A stretch of DNA of 32,000 nucleotides from Candidatus Electronema aureum (GTDB taxonomy: Bacteria; Desulfobacterota; Desulfobulbia; Desulfobulbales; Desulfobulbaceae). The notes under the pieces are model-generated. The model saw nothing but the letters and a program-made list of their open reading frames with translations, had not been told where the DNA came from and made no database searches. Numbering within the stretch: the first letter of the stretch is position 1; each line of letters starts with the position of its first letter. The position numbers and the translations under genes were made by a program. The stretch is from assembly GCA_004284765.1 (NCBI GenBank), contig NQJD01000010.1:30001-62000 (forward strand), given 5' to 3'. Below, in pieces: positions 1-5,266 of the stretch.

Positions 1-40
1 TGGCTACCGTTCAGTATCGATACTGGCGTGGGAGTGAGTT

Positions 41-90
41 AGGGGGCTTTGTCTACAAATCAAGGTTGAAGACCTTAGGGGTAGCCCCCT
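41..90. repeat. GC-stem palindromic (REP-like) hairpin downstream of folK
   Basis: AGGGGGCT (41-48) pairs with AGCCCCCT (83-90). The flanks GAGTtAGGGGGC...GCCCCCTgtATC resemble the palindrome at 31842-31873 (GAGTAGGGGGGC...GCCCCCCTACATC). Confidence 0.35.
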
Positions 91-127
91 GTATCTGCCC
101 TGCTTATGCATATGCACGAGGTCTGCC

Positions 128-688
128 TTACAACCAGCTTACCCGTTCTATTTCCTCTTGCCCAGTCAACAGCTCTATGTCTGTCAGCAGCTCGGCAATG
201 GTTTTATTCAGCAGAGGATGTCGGAGCTGCGGGGCAATTTCCGTTAGCGGCACCAGCACAAACCTACGCTCATGGATCGCTGGATGCGGCAAGACTAACC
301 GTTCTGTCTGTATGATGCGCTGATCAAATAGCAGTAAATCCAAGTCAATCGTTCTGTCCTGATAGCCCTCTCGGTCGGCAAAACGAACTCTGCCGAAACG
401 GAGTTCAGTGGCAAGAAGAACCTCCAACAAGGCTTCTGGCGCAAGTGAAGTGTGCAGCAGCCCAGCAGCGTTAATAAACCAGTGCGGGCTGTCCATTGCT
501 ACCGGCTTGGTGCGGTAAGGCGAGGACAGCGTGTGCGGGAAAATATCCGGGTGTTCATCAAGGGCTTGCCAAGCCTCAAGCAGGAGTTTGCGCGACTGGC
601 CAAGATTAGAGCCAAGACCGATACAGGCGAAAGAACGAGGTAGCTGCATCACTGAACTACCACTGCCCGCCAAAGACTGATTGTCCAT
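128..688 (-). CDS. folK: 2-amino-4-hydroxy-6-hydroxymethyldihydropteridine pyrophosphokinase (HPPK)
   Basis: 186-aa ORF with HPPK hallmarks: IGLGSNLG near the N-terminus, RTIDLDLLLF, LVLPHP and RRFVLVPLTEIAP. ATG at 688 is preceded by AAGGATGG. An alternative ATG at 649 (MQLPRSF...) would give a more typical N-terminus. Confidence 0.9.
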   Translation of the reverse strand: MDNQSLAGSGSSVMQLPRSFACIGLGSNLGQSRKLLLEAWQALDEHPDIFPHTLSSPYRTKPVAMDSPHWFINAAGLLHTSLAPEALLEVLLATELRFGRVRFADREGYQDRTIDLDLLLFDQRIIQTERLVLPHPAIHERRFVLVPLTEIAPQLRHPLLNKTIAELLTDIELLTGQEEIERVSWL

Positions 689-743
689 TTTCCATCCTTA
701 TGCTCAAGAAAACGCCGCCGCGCGTGTGGGAATAGCTCCAACG
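677..743. repeat. Duplicated 5' module (first codons, SD and ~45 nt upstream); copy 1, partner at 2538-2604
   Basis: By-eye alignment of 677-743 with 2538-2604 gives 52/67 identical positions and is collinear. It covers ATGGACAATCAG versus ATGAGCAATCTG and the AGGATGGAAAATG ribosome-binding region. Confidence 0.7.
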
Positions 744-823
744 TGTACAAGTCCGCCGGAGCAACGTATGTAAGTCTCCAAGACTTACATATATAGCTGA
801 AGCAGCATAAAGTGAACTTGAAT

Positions 824-894
824 GTCATTCCGAGCGGAGCGAGGAATCTCCTCTTCGTCCTTGGCATGAGATTTCTCGCTTTGCTCGAAATGAC
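824..894. repeat. Long imperfect inverted repeat (27-nt arms, 17-nt loop) of the 'CATTCCGAGCG...GGAATCTC' type
   Basis: GTCATTCCGAGCGGAGCGAGGAATCTC (824-850) pairs with GAGATTTCTCGCTTTGCTCGAAATGAC (868-894). On the plus strand this gives 23 Watson-Crick pairs, 3 G:U-type pairs and 1 mismatch. The region is non-coding. Confidence 0.6.
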
Positions 895-1022
895 AGATAT
901 GACGGTTCAAATTATGTTGCTCTGGCTATACAAGTCCGGCGGACATATATACGTTCGAGCGGCGCGGCACTTCATGTCGCCAGCCAGTCAGTGCCAGCGG
1001 CTGGCCGCTTCCTCTTCAGCCG

Positions 1023-2549
1023 TTACTGCTGCCCCCGCAGCTTGGCGCGAACTGCCGCCAATGCCTCGCGCCAATCTTTCAGCTTCGGGTGTTCAAGTTG
1101 CTCCATCAACTCTACAGCCCGGCTGATGTATGGCTCGGCCTTGGCAAGCTCGCCTTGCTGGACGTACAGACTGCCCATATTCCAGCTAATGCCAGCCTCT
1201 TCCGTTTTTGCGCCAATCTCCTGCGCTATGGCCAGAGCTTGTTCATACTGCTTCAGAGCGGCTGGGTAATCTCCTTTAGCCTTATAAATCGCAGAAATAT
1301 TGTTCAGACTTCCTCCCTCGCCTCGTCGGTCGCCGATTTGCCGGGTGATCGCCAAGTCCTGCTCTGCATACTCCAAGGCGGCATCATAGTTTCCTTGCGC
1401 ATGATACACTTGGCCGATGTTGTTCAACACCTTGCTTTCCGTAGCCTTATCCTTGATTTTGCGGGCTATAGCCAAAGCCTGCTTGTAGTAGTCCAAGGCT
1501 GCCGTATCGTCACCTTGCGCAAAGTGAATCGCGCCAATATTGGTTAAGGTGCTGCCTTCACCTTCCTTGTCATCTATCTCTCTCCGCAGCGGCAGGCTTT
1601 GTTCAAGATACTTCAGAGCCTGCGGATAATCGCCCTTGCTCCAATAAATTCCTGCGATATTGTTCAGTATCACGCCTTCAAATTCCTTGTCGCCGACTTC
1701 CAGGCATATAGGCAGGCTCTGCTCCAGATAGTCCAAGGCATTGTCGTACTCACCTTGGACATCGTAAATCTGGCTGATGTTATTCAGCATCTTGGCTTCA
1801 CCCTTGCGGTCGCCGATTTCACGGTAGATGGACAGGCTTTGCTCATCTAAGCGCAGAGCCTCAGCATAGCGGGCAATATTGTCAAGGTCTTGTCCTGCCC
1901 AGCCAAGACAGTCCGCTCGTTCCCATTCATATCCTTCAGGCAAGGCAGCCGCAGCCTCTTGGAAATACTGGGCAGATTTCTCGTAGCGATATTGCAGCCG
2001 TTGCAGTCTGGCTTGGTCAATACAGCTTTCTGCTTCGGAGAGCTGCCGTTTCTCCAGCGCGGCCTGCTGTTCGGCCAGTCTTGCTTTCATCTTGCTAACA
2101 GCGGCCCGGTCGCGCTCCTTCGCCTGATTCAGCAGCTCATCCGCTCGGTCATATTCACCGTTCTCAATCGCTTGCCCGGCCTGCTCCTTCAAGGCTTTCA
2201 CCTGCGGATCATCAGACGTGACCGACTCAAAGCGTTGCAGCAATTCCTTGTGCCGGAAGGCTATTTCCGGCAGCTTGGCACCCCATTCCTCGCGGGGAAT
2301 GCTGCCTTGCTCCAGTATCTTGAAGAAGCTGGCAAAGGCTGCGTCGCCGATATCCAAGTCCTTCTTGATTTGCTCGTATCGCTCCAGCGGCACACCGTAG
2401 CTTATCGTCACCGTCTGCGCATTGACTGCCGGAGACTGATCGCCGGACGTGCTGATCACCGGGCCGTGGTTGTTCGTCTGGCTGCCAATGGCATGATCAC
2501 CTTGCCCGATGCTCTGCGGGCCGCCTTTGCTCTTGAACAGATTGCTCAT
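1023..2549 (-). CDS. Tetratricopeptide-repeat protein (six ~40-aa KLC/TPR_12-like repeats) with a ~250-aa helical N-terminal region
   Basis: Six repeats of the form LNNI(G/S/A)xIYxxxGxYxxALxYxEQxLxIxREIGDxxGE. ATG at 2549 is preceded by a strong SD (TAGGAGGATGGAAAATG). The longer ORF-track start at 2702 lies in repeat DNA and is unlikely. Confidence 0.85.
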   Translation of the reverse strand: MSNLFKSKGGPQSIGQGDHAIGSQTNNHGPVISTSGDQSPAVNAQTVTISYGVPLERYEQIKKDLDIGDAAFASFFKILEQGSIPREEWGAKLPEIAFRHKELLQRFESVTSDDPQVKALKEQAGQAIENGEYDRADELLNQAKERDRAAVSKMKARLAEQQAALEKRQLSEAESCIDQARLQRLQYRYEKSAQYFQEAAAALPEGYEWERADCLGWAGQDLDNIARYAEALRLDEQSLSIYREIGDRKGEAKMLNNISQIYDVQGEYDNALDYLEQSLPICLEVGDKEFEGVILNNIAGIYWSKGDYPQALKYLEQSLPLRREIDDKEGEGSTLTNIGAIHFAQGDDTAALDYYKQALAIARKIKDKATESKVLNNIGQVYHAQGNYDAALEYAEQDLAITRQIGDRRGEGGSLNNISAIYKAKGDYPAALKQYEQALAIAQEIGAKTEEAGISWNMGSLYVQQGELAKAEPYISRAVELMEQLEHPKLKDWREALAAVRAKLRGQQ

Positions 2550-2551
2550 TT

Positions 2552-2735
2552 TCCATCCTCCTATCAAAGAAAACGCCGAAGCGCGTGTGGAAAAATCTCC
2601 AACGCAGCTCAGAGAAAAACTCCATGCAAGCATGGACGAATTTTCGATGCTACGTTGGAGCCACCCTCCATGCTGGCATTGAGTTTTGCTCCATGCAAGC
2701 ATGGACTTTTCCGGCCATGCTCGTTCGAGCGGCGC
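2552..2735. repeat. About eight phased 23-bp units, each starting with a (degenerate) copy of the palindrome TCCATGCAAGCATGGA
   Basis: Perfect 16-bp palindromes at 2621-2636 and 2690-2705. Degenerate copies: 13/16 at 2667-2682, 11/16 at 2644-2659, 9/16 at 2598-2613, 2552-2567 and 2576-2591 (1-nt slip), and 8/16 at 2714-2729 (1-nt slip). Confidence 0.55.
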
Positions 2736-2741
2736 AGCGCG

Positions 2742-2852
2742 TTATTTCGCTAACCACCCCGCGCCAATTCTCCGCAGCACATTGAACCCACCGCTGAGAA
2801 CAAGGCTGTTCCGCTTGCCGATGTGCTCCAGAATATCGTGGTGCAGTTCCGC
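2742..2852 (-). pseudogene. 3' fragment (36 codons plus stop) of a rhodanese-domain gene, paralogous to the 3' end of the 3223-4953 gene
   Basis: 2742-2819 matches 3223-3300 at 73/78 nt. It translates to AELHHDILEHIGKRNSLVLSGGFNVLRRIGAGWLAK*, against ...YEVQVFLDHAGKRNSLVLSGGFNVLRRIGAGWLGK* in the intact gene. The frame is closed by a TAA immediately upstream (2853-2855). Confidence 0.7.
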
Positions 2853-2931
2853 TTATAATATGCTATTGTTCCTGCTAGGCGGCGCGGGGAATGGCTCCAA
2901 AGCCGCATCCGTCACCAGTGGCGAGGTAGAT

Positions 2932-3135
2932 ATGAAAACTTTATGTATGAAAGTTGATGATAGCCTGTACAGCATTCTGCTGGCAATGCTCAACGGACTG
3001 CCAAAGGACAAAATAACAATTTTGGAGACGGACAGTCAAGCTGCGTGCGCCAGTCTGATGCGCTACGCTGGAAGCATTGCCTGGCCTGTTGACGGCGTGG
3101 AGTATCAGCGGCAGCTCAGGGACGAGGAATGGTGA
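2932..3135 (+). CDS. Putative type II antitoxin (VapB position; family uncertain)
   Basis: 67-aa ORF (MKTLCMKVDDSLYSILLAML...VEYQRQLRDEEW). Its stop lies 1 nt before the ATG of a PIN/VapC-like N-terminus, which is the typical toxin-antitoxin operon layout. GAGG lies upstream of the ATG, and a TATAAT is at 2853-2858. Confidence 0.5.
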   Translation: MKTLCMKVDDSLYSILLAMLNGLPKDKITILETDSQAACASLMRYAGSIAWPVDGVEYQRQLRDEEW

Positions 3136-3136
3136 G

Positions 3137-3190
3137 ATGCTGATTTTAGACACGAACGCCGTCATCTATCTGCAAAAGGGGCTGCGGGCC
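3137..3190 (+). pseudogene. 5' remnant of a PIN-domain (VapC-like) toxin gene
   Basis: MLILDTNAVIYLQKGL matches the PIN N-terminal strand with the catalytic Asp (LDTN). Similarity stops after ~17 codons. The reading frame then runs through the terminator and the antisense 3' end of the reductase gene. Confidence 0.55.
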
Positions 3191-3214
3191 GTCTCCAGCC
3201 CGCTTTGTTTTCTC
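3174..3214. terminator. Hairpin with T/A-rich flanks between the vapC remnant and the reductase stop (possible bidirectional terminator)
   Basis: GGGCTG (3179-3184) pairs with CAGCCC (3196-3201). It is followed by GCTTTGTTTTCT on the plus strand and CTTTT on the minus strand. Confidence 0.4.
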
Positions 3215-3222
3215 CGCTTCCT

Positions 3223-4953
3223 TTACTTCCCTAACCACCCCGCGCCAATTCTCCGCAGCACATTGAACCCACCACTGAGGACAAGGCTGTTGCGCTTGCC
3301 CGCATGATCGAGGAACACTTGCACCTCGTAGGAGCGTGTGCCTGCGTCGCAGAGAATGATCAGCGTCTTGTCTGCTGGGATTTCCGCCAGCCGCGCCCGC
3401 ACTTCCGGGTATGGCACTGACAGCCATTTCTCGTTGCCGAACTTCTCCACCAAGATTGCCGCATCTTTGGCATGGCGAATATCTAAGGCAAGCCAATCTG
3501 GTTCCCGATTGAAATCCTCCATCCACGCGAGGAAGCGGGCCACGCCCACCTTGCGCAGCAGGCCAGCGCAGATGTTGTCAGCCACAAACGCAGCTGCATT
3601 GAGCGAATCAATGGCTGAAGAGAAGGGCGGCGCATACGCCATCTCAGCCATGCTGAAGTCCTCAATCACCGCGCCCTTACTAATAAGGACAGCTGCCGCA
3701 TCAATGCGAGCGGAGATCGAATCATTCATTGCGCCGAACGCCTGCAAACCCAATACCCGCCGCGTCCGTTTATCAAAGACCATTTGCAGGATAACTGCTG
3801 CGGTGTTCGGGAAGAAGTGGGCGCGGTCAGCAGGCGCAGTGAGTGAGTAGTCTGCGTCAAAGCCCTCTGCGACGGCGGTTTCATAGCTGATGCCAGTGGC
3901 CGCGATGCAGCGTTCAAAAGCCTTCATGATGAACGAGCCAACCACGCCGTCAAAGGTAGTGGCATACCCAGCCATATTGTCCGCAGCCACCCGGCCTTCT
4001 CGATTGGCGAGCGAGCCAAGCGGGGCAAATGCCTGCTTGCCAGTGACAAGGTGGCGTGTGGCAATGCAGTCTCCGGCAGCGTAGATATCCGGGTCGCTGG
4101 TTTGCATCCTGCTGTTGACGACAATCCCGCCAAAGCCGGAGGCGATTGCCAGTCCTGCTTCTTTGGCTAATTCGTTGCGCGGACGCACGCCAGCAGCCAT
4201 GATCACCAAATCCGCCTCTAAAGTACGCTGCGGGGTCTTGACCGCAATCGCCTTGCCCTCGCTGTTGCCAAGGATTTCACTTGCTCCCTCGGACAGATAT
4301 ACCGCCACGTTCTTGTCGATCAAATGCTTCTTCAGCATAGCGGCAAACTCAGCATCAACAATGCGCGGCAGCAGCTGGGGCATGAACTCAATCAGCGCGG
4401 TCTCGATTCCCCACAGATCAGTGAAGGCTTCGGCCATCTCAATGCCAATCGCACCGCCACCGATAACCACCACCTTGCCCACCTTGCCGCCTGCGATACG
4501 CCGTTTGATCTCAATCGCCTTGTGCAAATCAGCAATGGTGAATACGCCGTCTAAGTCTGCGCCGGGTATCGGCAAAACAAAGGGCTTGGAGCCAGTTGCG
4601 AGCAGTAGCTTGTCGTAGTTCAGCTCGCTCTGCGCACCGGTTTGCAGGTTCTCGACCTTGAGCTTTTTGGCCTTGCGGTCAATCGATAAGGCTTTGGTGC
4701 GGGTGAGAACAGTCACGCCCTTGGCATTCTCGAAAAAGGCTTCGTCGCGTACCGCATGAAAGCTGGTGGAACGAAGAGCAGTCTCTTCCGCCACATCACC
4801 ACTGACGTAGTAGGGAATGCCGCAGCCACCGTAGGAGATCAGAGAATCCTGATCCACGACCGTGATGTCCCAGCTCGGCTGGAGACGCTTGAGACGGCAG
4901 GCTGCTTTCGGGCCAGCGGCCACGCCGCCAACGATAACGATCTTCTTGCTCAT
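3223..4953 (-). CDS. CoA-disulfide reductase/NADH-oxidase-family flavoprotein with a C-terminal rhodanese domain (CoADR-RHD, persulfide-reductase-like)
   Basis: N-terminal FAD fold KIVIVGGVAAGPKAA, redox Cys motif SYGGCGIPYY, second dinucleotide fold VVVIGGGAIGIEMAE, and C-terminal rhodanese active-site loop CDAGTRS. ATG at 4953 is preceded by AAGGAG. Confidence 0.9.
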   Translation of the reverse strand: MSKKIVIVGGVAAGPKAACRLKRLQPSWDITVVDQDSLISYGGCGIPYYVSGDVAEETALRSTSFHAVRDEAFFENAKGVTVLTRTKALSIDRKAKKLKVENLQTGAQSELNYDKLLLATGSKPFVLPIPGADLDGVFTIADLHKAIEIKRRIAGGKVGKVVVIGGGAIGIEMAEAFTDLWGIETALIEFMPQLLPRIVDAEFAAMLKKHLIDKNVAVYLSEGASEILGNSEGKAIAVKTPQRTLEADLVIMAAGVRPRNELAKEAGLAIASGFGGIVVNSRMQTSDPDIYAAGDCIATRHLVTGKQAFAPLGSLANREGRVAADNMAGYATTFDGVVGSFIMKAFERCIAATGISYETAVAEGFDADYSLTAPADRAHFFPNTAAVILQMVFDKRTRRVLGLQAFGAMNDSISARIDAAAVLISKGAVIEDFSMAEMAYAPPFSSAIDSLNAAAFVADNICAGLLRKVGVARFLAWMEDFNREPDWLALDIRHAKDAAILVEKFGNEKWLSVPYPEVRARLAEIPADKTLIILCDAGTRSYEVQVFLDHAGKRNSLVLSGGFNVLRRIGAGWLGK

Positions 4954-5140
4954 TGTAGTTCTCCTTGTACAGTTTCAATCCACGCCCTCTTCGCGAGGGC
5001 GATTATACGTTGAACCGGACGCTACTCTTCGCACGGCCAATTCATCGAGTAATGTACTCGCAGTTCATCAGCAATCGTACTTGCTGTTCGTCGTGTATAT
5101 ATAAGCTCTTAGAATAGAGCAACTTGCCACACTAATACAT

Positions 5141-5158
5141 TTGCCGCGTCAGTGCCAG
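5141..5158 (-). promoter_or_regulatory. Sigma-54-like -24/-12 element upstream of the reductase gene
   Basis: The minus strand reads TGGCAC-TGACG-CGGCA. The -24 TGGCAC is perfect and the GG-N10-GC spacing is correct, but the -12 element is only partly consensus (CGGCA versus TTGCA). It lies ~190 nt upstream of the ATG. Confidence 0.3.
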
Positions 5159-5215
5159 CATAAAAACCGCAAAATACCAGCACAGGAAAGCGTCAGTTGA
5201 AAGATGATCCGTCAT

Positions 5216-5243
5216 TTGACGGAACGCATTTTTCTGTGATACT
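5216..5243 (+). promoter_or_regulatory. Sigma-70-like promoter for the 5267 gene, with an overlapping 14-bp palindrome
   Basis: TTGACG (5216-5221), 16-nt spacer, GATACT (5238-5243). The palindrome CCGTCAttTGACGG (5209-5222) overlaps the -35 element. A strong SD, GAGGAGGAG, follows at 5252-5260. Confidence 0.4.
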
Positions 5244-5266
5244 TCTTTAAAGAGGAGGAGAGAAAT

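Noticed and set aside
12-25. 14-bp perfect palindrome CAGTATCGATACTG at the window edge
   Set aside because: It is isolated, has no loop, and its context is cut by the window boundary, so no function can be argued.
952-965. 14-nt exact repeat CGTTCGAGCGGCGC, also at 2722-2735, as an independent cassette boundary
   Set aside because: A single 14-mer coincidence is about what chance predicts for all-against-all comparison within 32 kb. I mention it only as a collinear hint under the duplicated-module finding.
649-1126. Short ORFs (72 aa minus, 104 aa plus) across the folK-TPR spacer
   Set aside because: They run through palindromes and hairpin arms, lack an RBS, and their sequences simply mirror the inverted repeats. 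I treated the region as non-coding repeat DNA.
2552-2735. Possible CRISPR array, because of regularly spaced palindromic repeats
   Set aside because: The units are contiguous 23-mers with no unique spacers, the repeats are degenerate, and no cas genes are present.
1890-2753. 287-aa plus-strand ORF
   Set aside because: It is entirely antisense to the TPR gene and runs into the non-coding repeat array. The product is low-complexity (Leu/Arg/Ala-rich) with no motifs, as expected of a shadow ORF opposite a real gene.
3077-3307. 76-aa plus-strand ORF
   Set aside because: Only residues from the internal ATG at 3137 (about 17 aa) look like a PIN toxin. The rest reads through a terminator and the antisense of the reductase 3' end. 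I annotated it as a pseudogene fragment instead.
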